Source: Phycisphaerales bacterium (GTDB lineage: Bacteria; Planctomycetota; Phycisphaerae; Phycisphaerales; UBA1924). Taken from it: a DNA stretch of 64,000 nt. Below, in pieces: positions 22,870 to 33,000 of this stretch. A program made the position numbers and the translations under genes. The notes under the pieces are model-generated. The model saw only the letters and a program-made list of their open reading frames with translations, was not told the origin of the DNA and made no database searches. The stretch spans positions 1,152,001 to 1,216,000 of the forward strand of contig OZ245777.1 in NCBI GenBank assembly GCA_965227775.1, in the 5' to 3' direction. Each line of letters begins with the position of its first letter. The stretch's first letter is position 1.

Positions 22870-22920
22870 TGGGCTGACCTGATTGCTCGCCGGGCGCGAC
22901 CCGACGCATGCGTCACTGAC

Positions 22921-22952
22921 AAGGACCCCGCGTTTTCGCGGGGTCTTTTTTT
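22921..22952 (+). terminator. Rho-independent terminator
   Basis: GACCCCGCG-TTTT-CGCGGGGTC followed by TTTTTTT, about 50 nt after the stop at 22869. Confidence 0.9.
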
Positions 22953-23087
22953 GATTGCCCAGCTGTTTTGTGAGCCGGTGTATCGAAGGGCGGTGTTTGG
23001 TGTGGCGTCGAATCTCTCTCCCTGCACGGCTTAGCCCTTGCACCAGCCACCGTTTTCTGTTAGGCTGCGAACCTGAGGAGAACCGCG

Positions 23088-24383
23088 TTGAGAAGGACAT
23101 GCCCCGTCAACCTGTGGCTCGTTGCGATGCTGGCCGCGGCTTTGCCCTCGGCCGCAATGTCCCAGGACTGTGCGCCTGGCGAGTTGTTCGACCCCACGGC
23201 CCAATATCCTGCGGGAAGCTCGCCCAGAGCCATCGCGACAGGCGATCTTGATGGCGATGGTGACGCGGACGTGGTCGCCACGATTCGCGGGCCCGGCGAC
23301 CTGAGCGTGCTGCTGAACAATGGGGACGCGAGGTTCGCGGGTCCGGTCGTGTACGGCGCCGGACGCTCGCCGATCGGTGTGGATCTGGCGGACGTCGATG
23401 GCGACGGCGACCTCGATATTGCGGTCGCCAATTTTGACACCGACGACGTCAGCATCCTGCTGAACAACGGCGACGGAACGTTCGCAGCCCAGACGCGCTA
23501 CCCCGCGGGCAATGGGGCCCGAGACGTTGCGGTGGGCGACCTCGATGGTGACGGCGATGCGGACATGATTGTCATCAATGATCTGAGCGATCAGGCGAGC
23601 ATCTTCTTAAACAACGGCGACGGTACGTTCGGAGCCCAGACGCTCGTGCCCGCGGGTGACAGCCCGATTCAGGTTGAGCTCGGCGACCTGGATGGCGATG
23701 GCGATCTCGACGCGGCCGCGTCGAGCGTTGGGACGGGCGCCGTCGTGCTGCGAAACAACGGCGATGGGACGTTCGCAAGTCTCACCGGCTTTCCAGCTGG
23801 ATCCACGCCAGTCAGCATCACGATCGCTGATGTCGATCGCGACGGCGATCTTGATCTTGCCGTCACGAACTTCTTTGCCGGTCAGGCCAGCATTCTGCTC
23901 AACGACGGCGATGCGACGTTCGCATTGCCGGTGGCCTACCCCGTGGGCGAGGACCCCTTCGATGTTGAGCTTGCCGATCTCGATGGCGACGGCGATGCAG
24001 ACATGGTTGTCGCCAACAACTTTAGCGACGACGTCACCGTACGGCTGAACGCCGGGGACGGCACGTTCCCATCGTCGGCGTCGTACGACGCGAGCACGGG
24101 CCCAAACGGCGTCGGGATCGATGATCTGGACGGTGATGGGGACCCGGACGTTGTCGTTTCGATCGAGTTTCGAGATACCGTCGGCGTGCTCGAGAATCAG
24201 TGCGGTCCGTTCGGATGCCCGGCGGACCTTGATGGCGACGGCGAACTGACGATCTTCGACTTTCTGGCGTTCGGCAACCTCTTCGACCTCATGGATCCCA
24301 TGGTCGACTTCGACGGCGATGGTGCGTTCACCATCTTCGACTTCCTGGCCTTCCAGAACGCCTTCGACCTCGGTTGCCCGTAG
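23088..24383 (+). CDS. Secreted FG-GAP/VCBS seven-repeat beta-propeller with GC-type dockerin-like domain
   Basis: GAGGAG RBS and TTG start; signal AMS|QDC; seven D(L/V)DxDGDxD repeats with LxNxGD motifs; tail CPADLDGDG...DLGCP. Confidence 0.92.
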   Translation: MRRTCPVNLWLVAMLAAALPSAAMSQDCAPGELFDPTAQYPAGSSPRAIATGDLDGDGDADVVATIRGPGDLSVLLNNGDARFAGPVVYGAGRSPIGVDLADVDGDGDLDIAVANFDTDDVSILLNNGDGTFAAQTRYPAGNGARDVAVGDLDGDGDADMIVINDLSDQASIFLNNGDGTFGAQTLVPAGDSPIQVELGDLDGDGDLDAAASSVGTGAVVLRNNGDGTFASLTGFPAGSTPVSITIADVDRDGDLDLAVTNFFAGQASILLNDGDATFALPVAYPVGEDPFDVELADLDGDGDADMVVANNFSDDVTVRLNAGDGTFPSSASYDASTGPNGVGIDDLDGDGDPDVVVSIEFRDTVGVLENQCGPFGCPADLDGDGELTIFDFLAFGNLFDLMDPMVDFDGDGAFTIFDFLAFQNAFDLGCP

Positions 24384-24416
24384 GCCCCGGACGCCACTGA
24401 CGCCGTACCCTCGGCC

Positions 24417-25658
24417 ATGGCGCGATCGACCAAAGGCATCCTGCTGCTCGTCGGCCCGGGCGTGCTTGTTGCCGCCACGGGCGTGGGCGCGGGTGATCTG
24501 GCGACCGCAGCTTTCGCCGGAAGCAAGCTGGGACTAGCCGTTCTTTGGGCTGTCCTCGTTGGGGCGCTCGTCAAGCTCGTGCTGAACGAGCAACTCGCAC
24601 GGTGGCAGCTTTCGACCGGAACCACGATCCTCGAGGGCGCCATCACGAAGCTCGGCCCGGTCGTGTGGGCCGTCTTCGGTGCATACCTGCTGTTCTGGAG
24701 CCCGTTCGTCGCCGTGGCGCTCGTGAAGGCGTGCGGGGCGGTGCTGGCGGCGATAGTGCCCAGCTTGCCGCCGTGGGTGTGGGCGGTGGCCTGCTCGTTG
24801 GTTGGCTTGGTCATGGTGTGGCTTGGTGGGTTCAAGCTCTTCCAGCGTGTCATGGCCGTCTGCATCGGCGTGATGGTCCTTGTCGTCGTTGCGAGCGCTG
24901 CGATGACGACGCCCTCGTTGTCCGAACTGGCGAGCGGTCTCATTCCGCGCGTGCCCGAAGATACCGAAGCCCTCGGCTGGACGATCGCGCTCGTCGGGGG
25001 CGTTGGTGGAACGCTGACCATCATCTGTTACGGCTACTGGATGCGCGAGGCAGGCCGCGGCAAGCCCGAGGACCTCGCCGTCTGCCGCATCGATCTGGCC
25101 GTGGGCTACTCGATCACCGCACTGTTCGGATTGGCCATGATCGTGCTGGCGGCGGGCGTCGCCAGCGGGCGCACACTCGAGGGCGGCAACGCGTCGATCG
25201 TCGTCCAGATCGCAAGCTTCATCGGCAGCGAGACGCACCCGGCCATGCGATGGGCGTTCCTCGTCGGCGCGTTTGGCGCGGTCTTCTCAAGCGTGCTCGG
25301 CGTGTGGCAGGCCGTGCCGTATGTATTTGCAGATTGGTGGGCCATGCGGCCGGGCACGAAGTCCAAGACGGAACCGGTCTCGACGACATCGCTGCCGTAT
25401 CGCGGCTTCCTGGTCGCGCTCGCCACGCTGCCGTGCGCGCTGCTGTTCGTCCGGTTCGAGACCGCCCAGAAGCTCTATGCCATCATCGGTGCGGCGTTCA
25501 TTCCGCTGCTGGCCCTTGCCCTGCTGCTGCTGATGAATCGCCGCGACTGGGTCGGCCGGGCGCTTGCCAACCGCTGGTGGGCCAACGCCGCTCTAGTCGT
25601 GGCGCTGGCCATCTGCGTCGTCGCCGCGTGGAGGAAGATCGAGGGCACGCTCGGCTAA
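24417..25658 (+). CDS. NRAMP-related divalent metal transporter (non-canonical)
   Basis: GPGVLVAATGVGAGDL...G..LLW...EQLARW; about 11 TM segments; canonical DPGN and MPH motifs absent. Confidence 0.8.
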   Translation: MARSTKGILLLVGPGVLVAATGVGAGDLATAAFAGSKLGLAVLWAVLVGALVKLVLNEQLARWQLSTGTTILEGAITKLGPVVWAVFGAYLLFWSPFVAVALVKACGAVLAAIVPSLPPWVWAVACSLVGLVMVWLGGFKLFQRVMAVCIGVMVLVVVASAAMTTPSLSELASGLIPRVPEDTEALGWTIALVGGVGGTLTIICYGYWMREAGRGKPEDLAVCRIDLAVGYSITALFGLAMIVLAAGVASGRTLEGGNASIVVQIASFIGSETHPAMRWAFLVGAFGAVFSSVLGVWQAVPYVFADWWAMRPGTKSKTEPVSTTSLPYRGFLVALATLPCALLFVRFETAQKLYAIIGAAFIPLLALALLLLMNRRDWVGRALANRWWANAALVVALAICVVAAWRKIEGTLG

Positions 25659-25664
25659 CGCGAC

Positions 25665-27353
25665 TCATCCCTCGGCAAATTTCTGCCTGAACGCCTCGTG
25701 CGCCTCAACATCGCCGATGAGCACGAGCTCGTGGCCCGCCTCGAGCACGGTTGTCGCCGGCGGGTTGGCCGTGAGCCCCACCTGATCGCGATAGCCCACG
25801 ATCGTGCATCCGGTAGCCTCGCGCAGCCCGCACTCCATGATCTTCTTGCCCACGACCGACTTGGGCACCTTCGCGTCGAAGACCTCCAGGCCCTGGGCCA
25901 CCGTCACCAACCGCCCCTGGTGCAGCAGGTTGTAGAAGGCAGAGGCGCCGGTGCTGGCGTAGCTCTGCACGAAGTCGGCCCCCGCACGGTGCAACGCCGC
26001 GACGTGCTTGTCCAACGTGCATCGGGCGATGACCTCGATGTCGGGCCGAAGCTTGCGGCAGAGCAGCGTGAGGTACAGGTTCACGTCGTCGTTGTTACTC
26101 GTGATGACAACGGTGGGGGCCTTGGCCAGGCCCGCCGCCTCGAGAATTCGTGGTTCGGCAGCATCGCCCACGATCGTTTTCTCTGGGTTTGTCACGCGAC
26201 GCTCGGCCTTCTCGACCACGCGGTAGTCGATGTCGCGCAGCTCGAGCGCTTCGGCCGTTGCCCGTCCAATGCGACCGTTGCCGATGACAATCACCGGATC
26301 GGCGCTGACGTTGTAGATCGCAAAGTGCTCGTCGTACGCCTCGAGCTGCTCTGCCGAGCCGGCGAGCAGTAGCACGGTCCGCTCGTTCACGACCGTGTCG
26401 GGTCGCGCGGGGCGGAACACGCCACGATCCCATAGGCCCACGACGTTGACGCCCAGCTCGGTCAGCTTGTTCTCCCGCAGGCTCCGTCCGATGAGCGGTG
26501 TGCGTGCCGCGCTCGCTTCGGCGACGATCAGGTTGTCGAACCGAGCAACCTCGTGTGTCACGGCGTCGCCACCAGAGATGCACCGCGCGAGCGCCTGGCC
26601 CATCACACGGTCGAGGCGCACCACTCCGGTCGCCCCGGCCATCTCAAGAATCGGTACCGACGCGCCAAGATCGGCCGTTGCAAACACGGGCACCCGCTCG
26701 TTCACGGCCCGCACCGCGAATGCTACGGCTGTGTCTTGGGCATCGGTGCGGGTTGTGACCACCATCGCGGCGTTGTTCACCTGGGCAGCCTTGAACGCCT
26801 CCGGATCGTCAAGGTCGCCCACCATCACACGTATTTCCTGATCGTGCAGCCTCCTCGCATCCTCCACGTCGGGCACAAGCACGACGTAGTCCTGATTCAC
26901 CTGGCGGAGCTTGGTGATGAGCGATTCCGTGACGGCATCAAGGTGCGTCAGGATGACATGGTCCCTTGTGTCCGCGGGCAACTGACGCGGGGTGCGGGCT
27001 GCGGTCTGCGCCTCGATCCAGGGCGCATAGAAGAACTGGATGAACATAAAGGGAAGCAGCGCGAGCAAGAAGATCGTGCCACTGATGACCACCACGATCG
27101 AGAAGAGCCGGCCCAGATCGCTCTGGAACGTGATGTCGCCAAAGCCCAACGTGCTCATCGTCACGATCACCCAGTAGAGCCCGCCGATGATCGTGTGCTC
27201 CTGTTGCTCGTACTCCATGATGAGGTGAAACAGCACCGTGTGCACGGCCATGAGTCCGAGCAGGATCAGCATGAACCGGCCCAGCACCTTCAGGTTGCGC
27301 CGGGTCCGCCGCTGGCTGGTCAGGATCATGATCTGGGCGGCGATGGACTTCAT
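25665..27353 (-). CDS. Potassium channel protein (2 TM plus pore, tandem RCK/TrkA domains)
   Basis: YWVIVTMSTLGFGDI filter, followed by two TrkA-N/TrkA-C units (the second with GNGRIG). ATG 27353 chosen; the upstream extension in the ORF track overlaps ktrB. Confidence 0.92.
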   Translation of the reverse strand: MKSIAAQIMILTSQRRTRRNLKVLGRFMLILLGLMAVHTVLFHLIMEYEQQEHTIIGGLYWVIVTMSTLGFGDITFQSDLGRLFSIVVVISGTIFLLALLPFMFIQFFYAPWIEAQTAARTPRQLPADTRDHVILTHLDAVTESLITKLRQVNQDYVVLVPDVEDARRLHDQEIRVMVGDLDDPEAFKAAQVNNAAMVVTTRTDAQDTAVAFAVRAVNERVPVFATADLGASVPILEMAGATGVVRLDRVMGQALARCISGGDAVTHEVARFDNLIVAEASAARTPLIGRSLRENKLTELGVNVVGLWDRGVFRPARPDTVVNERTVLLLAGSAEQLEAYDEHFAIYNVSADPVIVIGNGRIGRATAEALELRDIDYRVVEKAERRVTNPEKTIVGDAAEPRILEAAGLAKAPTVVITSNNDDVNLYLTLLCRKLRPDIEVIARCTLDKHVAALHRAGADFVQSYASTGASAFYNLLHQGRLVTVAQGLEVFDAKVPKSVVGKKIMECGLREATGCTIVGYRDQVGLTANPPATTVLEAGHELVLIGDVEAHEAFRQKFAEG

Positions 27354-27437
27354 GGCCAACGGTAGCGGCTTGGGTTTTGGTCGCCACTGCCAGAGCCGTA
27401 TGCTTGCCCTCGCCTCGCCGGGGACCGCTCGCCCGCT

Positions 27438-29180
27438 ATGGAACACCGCCGCGTCGAATCTTCGAGCCCCCGCGCCCAGGGCCCATGGCGAGCCACGGCC
27501 GCGGTTTCGCTCGCGATGCTCGGTGCCGCCGCTCTTGCCGTCTACCAGGGCGTCCCAACGAGTCCACTCGCGGCTTCGTGGCTCATCATCGCCCAGTTGG
27601 TCCTGCCCTGGTTGGCCGCGATCGCTGCTGGCGATGTCGGTGCGGCAATGCTGCCAGGGCTTGGCCCGGCCAAGCGTTGGCGGCGACCGAAGGGCGTCGC
27701 GATCGAGGCGGGTATCGCGATCGCCGTCGTCGGGTGGGCGTTGGGCACGCCCGCCGCTGCGGGCGTGGTCGCGGTCGCCGTTGCGATTACCTACGCCATC
27801 AGCCTTACGGGCCTGCTTTCTCGCACGCTGCGTCACCCGAACCTGCTGCTGCCCGCCTCCTTTGCGGCCATTATCCTCGTGAGCACGCTGCTCCTCAAGC
27901 TCCCAGCAGCCACGCCCGCGGATCAGCCCATTGGCTGGGTCGATGCGCTCTTTACAGCTACCAGCGCCACCTGCGTCACGGGTCTTGCCGTCCGAGATAC
28001 CGCGAGCGGCTTCACGCTCTTCGGCCAAGCGGTCATCGCCGGAGCAATCCAACTCGGCGGTCTGGGCTTCATGATCTTCGGCTCAACGCTCGCCCTGCTC
28101 TTCGGCATGCGCCCGAGCTACAAGGAGAATCTCACCCTGAGCGCTGCGCTCGACGAGTATCCCGCCCACCGCATCATGCGCTTCGCGTGGTTCATCGTGG
28201 CCGTCACGCTGGCGATCGAAGCCATCGGTGCGTTGCTGCTGTACTTCCTGTGGCCTGAGGGATTGTGCGACGGGCCGGGCGGTCGCGCGTGGCAGGCGAT
28301 CTTCCACAGCCTGTCGGCATTCTGCAATGCGGGCTTCGATGTCACGGGTGACAGCCTCATCTCGATGCGCACAGGGGCGGCGCCGTTCCTCGTCATCGCG
28401 CCGCTCATCGTCGTTGGGGGCATCGGCTTCCTCGTGCTCGAAGACGTGACGGGCTATGTTCGCCGGCGCCTGCGCCCCAAGCCGGGCCGGCCCGCGCCCA
28501 GGCTGTCGACACACAGCAAGATCGTGCTGTTAACAACCGGCTGCCTGCTCGTAGCGGGGTTCGGCGTGTTGTTCCTCGCCCAGAGCCGGACGTCGGGTGG
28601 GCTAAATGCCAGCGTCGTATCCGACGCCGCCTTCATGACCGTCACCGCGCGCACGGCTGGCTTCACCATCATGCCGATGGACGAGCTCTCGCCCGGCTCA
28701 CGGTTCATGCTCATGACGCTCATGGCGATCGGCGGCAGCCCGGGCTCAACGGCCGGTGGCATCAAGACGGCCGTGTTCGCGGTTTTGCTTCTGTCGGTCG
28801 TTGCCACCGTTCGCGGGCGAGACGACGTTGAGGTCTTCGGCCGGACGCTGCCCGATTCGGTCGTCAAGCGGGCGGCCATGGTTGCCGCGGGCCTGGTTGG
28901 TGTTGTCACGCTCGCCACGCTCACGCTCGATCTGACCGAGAATATCGCTTTCGAGCCGTTGCTCTTCGAGGTCGTTAGCGCCGCAAGCACCACGGGCCTT
29001 TCGCTAGGCGCCACCAGCGAACTTAGCCCCTTCGGCCGCTTCGTCATCACGCTCACGATGTTCTTCGGCCGCATCGGCGCTCTCGCGCTGCTCGGGGCGC
29101 TCATCCAGGGCGCCGGCGCCGGCAGCGAACGGGCCCTCACCAGAACCAGGTTGCCACGAGATACCGTCTCGCTCGGCTGA
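27438..29180 (+). CDS. ktrB: Ktr/Trk potassium uptake membrane subunit
   Basis: Four pore motifs (SATCVTGL, SAFCNAGF, TARTAGF, SAASTTGLS), IGGSPGSTAGGIK and MFFGRIG; extra N-terminal TM helices. Confidence 0.9.
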   Translation: MEHRRVESSSPRAQGPWRATAAVSLAMLGAAALAVYQGVPTSPLAASWLIIAQLVLPWLAAIAAGDVGAAMLPGLGPAKRWRRPKGVAIEAGIAIAVVGWALGTPAAAGVVAVAVAITYAISLTGLLSRTLRHPNLLLPASFAAIILVSTLLLKLPAATPADQPIGWVDALFTATSATCVTGLAVRDTASGFTLFGQAVIAGAIQLGGLGFMIFGSTLALLFGMRPSYKENLTLSAALDEYPAHRIMRFAWFIVAVTLAIEAIGALLLYFLWPEGLCDGPGGRAWQAIFHSLSAFCNAGFDVTGDSLISMRTGAAPFLVIAPLIVVGGIGFLVLEDVTGYVRRRLRPKPGRPAPRLSTHSKIVLLTTGCLLVAGFGVLFLAQSRTSGGLNASVVSDAAFMTVTARTAGFTIMPMDELSPGSRFMLMTLMAIGGSPGSTAGGIKTAVFAVLLLSVVATVRGRDDVEVFGRTLPDSVVKRAAMVAAGLVGVVTLATLTLDLTENIAFEPLLFEVVSAASTTGLSLGATSELSPFGRFVITLTMFFGRIGALALLGALIQGAGAGSERALTRTRLPRDTVSLG

Positions 29181-29200
29181 CACACGCCAGGAATCAACAC

Positions 29201-29899
29201 ATGGCTAAGCAGCAGAACCCTTCAAATGATAAGCGCCCGATCGCCGTGCTGGGCCTCGGCCGCTTCGGCCAGCGCATCGCGACACAGCTTGCCAACGCCG
29301 ACCAGGCGGTCATCGCGTGCGACCTCGATCGAGACGCCGTCGAACGCATCGCGTCCCAGGTCGCCCAGGCCATTGTCGTTGATGCGACCGATGAAGAGGC
29401 GCTCAAAGCGCGCGGCGTGCACAAGGTCAAGGCAGCCGTCGTCGCGATCGGTGACGACTTCGAGGCCGCGGTGCTCGCCACCGTCACGCTCAAGCAGCTT
29501 GAGATCCCACGCATCATTGCCCGTGGCCGCAGCGACACCATGGCCCGCGTGCTCCGTCGCGTTGGCGCCAGCGAAGTCGTGTTGGCCGAGATCGAAGCGG
29601 CCGACCGCTGGGCAGGCCGACTGCTCGGGCCCGGCGTGCTGAACCAGATCGAGTTTCACGAGGGCCACAGCATCATCGAACTGCTCGTGCCCAAGCCCTG
29701 GATTAGCAAGTCTCTGGCCGAGATCGGTGCGAGAGAGAAGCACCACGTCCACGTCATCGCCGTCAAGCGCAAGGACGACTCGGTCGGCGGGGGCATGCAG
29801 GTATTGGTCATCCCGCCCAGCGAGCCTCTCAAGAGAGGCGACGTCCTGATGGTCATGGGCCAGGACGACCAGCTCCGCACGCTGTCCAGCCTCGGCTGA
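29201..29899 (+). CDS. ktrA: Ktr/Trk regulatory RCK subunit
   Basis: IAVLGLGRFG Rossmann motif, VVAIGDDFEA and a C-terminal TrkA-C domain; follows ktrB. Confidence 0.9.
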   Translation: MAKQQNPSNDKRPIAVLGLGRFGQRIATQLANADQAVIACDLDRDAVERIASQVAQAIVVDATDEEALKARGVHKVKAAVVAIGDDFEAAVLATVTLKQLEIPRIIARGRSDTMARVLRRVGASEVVLAEIEAADRWAGRLLGPGVLNQIEFHEGHSIIELLVPKPWISKSLAEIGAREKHHVHVIAVKRKDDSVGGGMQVLVIPPSEPLKRGDVLMVMGQDDQLRTLSSLG

Positions 29900-30039
29900 G
29901 CACGCCGCGCCCAGAAGCCCTGCAATCCCAATACCCGCCTCCGGAAAGACCCTGCAGGGCCGCCCCCGCCGGCGCGTCCTCGTTGTCCCGGCCCAAGCGG
30001 GGCCGCGGCCGTACACTGGCCGTTCTGGAGGTGTCCTGT

Positions 30040-33000
30040 ATGAATATGCGTCTGAGCGTTCTCCCCGTCCTGGCCGCGCAGGCCATGCTCGTCTCGTGTG
30101 CCGGGTCGGCCGAGATCAGCAGCAGCGAGCCGGCCCGCATTGTGGCGGCGTCCGGCCAACCACTGTCGGCGACCCGGGCCGCGATGCAGCAAGACGGCGA
30201 CTACGCCGGCATGCTCCGCTTCCCCGCCGTCAGCGACGAGCACATCGTTTTCACGTACGGCAACGATCTCTGGCTCGTCTCGCGGGACGGCGGCCGCGCT
30301 GAGCCGCTCGCCAGCCCCGCGGGTCAGGAGCTCTTCCCGCGCTTCAGCCCCGACGGCCAGCACGTGGTCTTCCAGGGCAACTACGACGGCGACCGCGACC
30401 TCTACACGCTACCCATCGCCGGCGGCGTGCCCACGCGCGTGACGCACCACCCCGCCAACGAGTCGCCCACCCAGTGGCATGACTCGGGCATCATGTTCTT
30501 CATGGGCGGCACCGCCGGCCTCGGGCGCCAGCAAGAGGTCTTCCGTGTCTCGCCCGATGGTGGCCTGCCCGAGCGCATGCCAGTGCCCTACGGCGCGAAC
30601 GGCGTGCTGAGCGATGACGGCCAGTGGCTCGCCTACACGCCGATCCAGCGCGACGCGCGCACCTGGAAGCGGTACCGCGGCGGCATGGCCAGCGACATCT
30701 GGCTCTTCAACATCAACACCAACGAGAGCCGCCAGATCACCGACTGGGAGGGCACCGACAGCCTGCCCATGTGGCACGGCGACTCGGTCTACTACGTCTC
30801 CGACGCCGGCGATGACCACCGCCTGAACATCTGGCGATACGACGTTGCCAGCGGCGACCGCACCCAGGTCACCAACTTCACCGACAACGACGTGAAGTTC
30901 CCCTCCATCAGCAGCGGTGATGACGGGGCCATCGTCTTCAGCCTGGGCACCAAGCTCCACCTGCTCGACCTGGACGCCAATGAGGTCAGCGAGATCAACG
31001 TGACCATCCCCGGCGCGACGCCCGCCGTCCGCACCCAAACAGTCGACGCGGCCGACCACATCCAGGCTGGCGGCATCAGCTCCACTGGCAAGCGGGTGGT
31101 CATCGAGGCCCGCGGTGACATCTGGACCATCCCGGCCGAGAACGGCCCGCCCCGCCAGCTTACCGACAGCAGCCGTTGGGCCGAGCGCAGCCCCGCCTGG
31201 AGCCCGAGCGGCCGGTGGATCGCCTACGCGAGCGACGAGAGCGGCGAGTACAACATCCACGTCATCCAGAGCGACGGCGGCACCGAGCCCCGCCAGCTCA
31301 CCGACATGGAGGGCAAGTACTGGATGTCGATGTCGTGGTCGCCCGACAGCGAGATGCTGCTGGCGATCGATAAGTCGGGCGAGATGTACCTGATCGACGT
31401 CGAGAGCGGCGAAGCCAGCCAGTTCGACAAGGAGCCGATGGCCGGTGTTCCCGCGGTGAGTTGGAGCCCCGACAGCCGCTACGTCACCTACGCCAAGACC
31501 AACGGCAACATGCTGACGGCCGCCGTCTTCATCTACGATACCGATGAAGGCACGATGCACCAGGTCACCAGCGGTTACTTTGGCGATAACTCGCCCACGT
31601 TCAGCCGCGATGGCGAGTACCTGTTCTACACCTCGAACCGCGAGTTCACCAGCCCGCAGTACGAGTCCGTCGGCGCCAGTTTCATCTACGCCAACACCGG
31701 CCGGCTCATCGCCGTACCGCTGACCGAAGAAGTCGAGAACCCGCGTCTCATCGAAGTTGACGAAGAGACCTGGGAAGAGGACGAGCCCGAAGCCGACGAG
31801 TCCGATGAGGCCAGCGAGGACGCCGACGAGGCTGCGGACGAGGGCGAAGGAGATGAGGGCGATGACGCCGAGACGGAGCTCAGCCCCATCGAGGGAACCT
31901 GGGCCGGGACGGCGTCCGGACTCGCAGCCCTCGGCCTGCCCATGGACGAAATGGAAGTCACGATGTACTTCAAGCAGCTCGACGACGGCACCTTTGTCGG
32001 CGCGAGCGAGAGCCAGGGCGAAACCTCCGACTACGACAGCGTGACCTTCGACGAGGCAACCGGCAAGCTCGTCACGACCAGCAGCGAGGGCCCGCTCAAC
32101 TCCAAGACCGAGTCCACGCTGAGCGGCGACACGCTGACCGGCACGTGGAGCATCTCGGGCCCGATCGAGGGAAGCGGCCCGTTCACCGCCACGCGCCAGA
32201 GCACCGAGGTGCCCGACGGCATCATCTCTGACGAGGCCGGTAGCGGCGGCGACGACGACGAGGTCGAGCCCACCGAGATCACCTTCGAGGGTTTCGAAGC
32301 TCGCAGCTTCGCGCTCCCCGTCTCGCCCGGCGGCTTCGGCGGCCTGGTGAGCAACAACCAGGGCCACTTGCTCTACAACAGCTTCGGCAGCGGCGCACCG
32401 ACGGTCAAGATCATCGACATGTCGGGCGACGAGATCGAAGAGAAGACCGTCGTCGCCGGCGCACAGATGGTCGACATCTCGGGCGATGGCAAGAAGATCC
32501 TGCTTGCCGGCCAGGGCAACCGCTGGAAGATCGCCGACGCCCGCGCGGGTCAGTCGATGTCCGGCGCTCTGAGCCCCAACGACCTGCGCAAGCACCTCGA
32601 CCCGCGCGAGGAGTGGCGCCAGCTCGTCCAAGATGCGTGGCGTCGCCACCGCGACTTCTTCTACGTCGAGAACATGCACGGCGTCGACTGGGACGCGGTC
32701 TACGACCACTACTCCGAGATGGTCGACCACGCCGCCAGCCGTGAGGACGTGAGCTTCATCATCGGCGAGATGATCGCCGAGCTCAATGTTGGTCACGCCT
32801 ACTACTGGGGCGGCGACGTCGAGGGCCAACCCAGCGAGAACGTTGGCATGCTGGGCGTCGACTTCGAGCCCGCCACAGAGCAGGGCGAAGACGGCGAGGT
32901 CTCGGGCTTCCGCATCACCAAGATGTACGGCGGGGCACCGTGGGACACCGACGCACGCAACCCGCTCGACACGCTCGGCGTTGACGTCGAAGAAGGTGAC

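Noticed and set aside
16061..24383. Recurrent GACGGCGACGGC / TTCGACTTCCTG repeats as a CRISPR array or diversity-generating retroelement
   Set aside because: All copies are in-frame coding DxDGDG/FDFL motifs. There are no unique spacers, cas genes, reverse transcriptase or adenine-specific variation.
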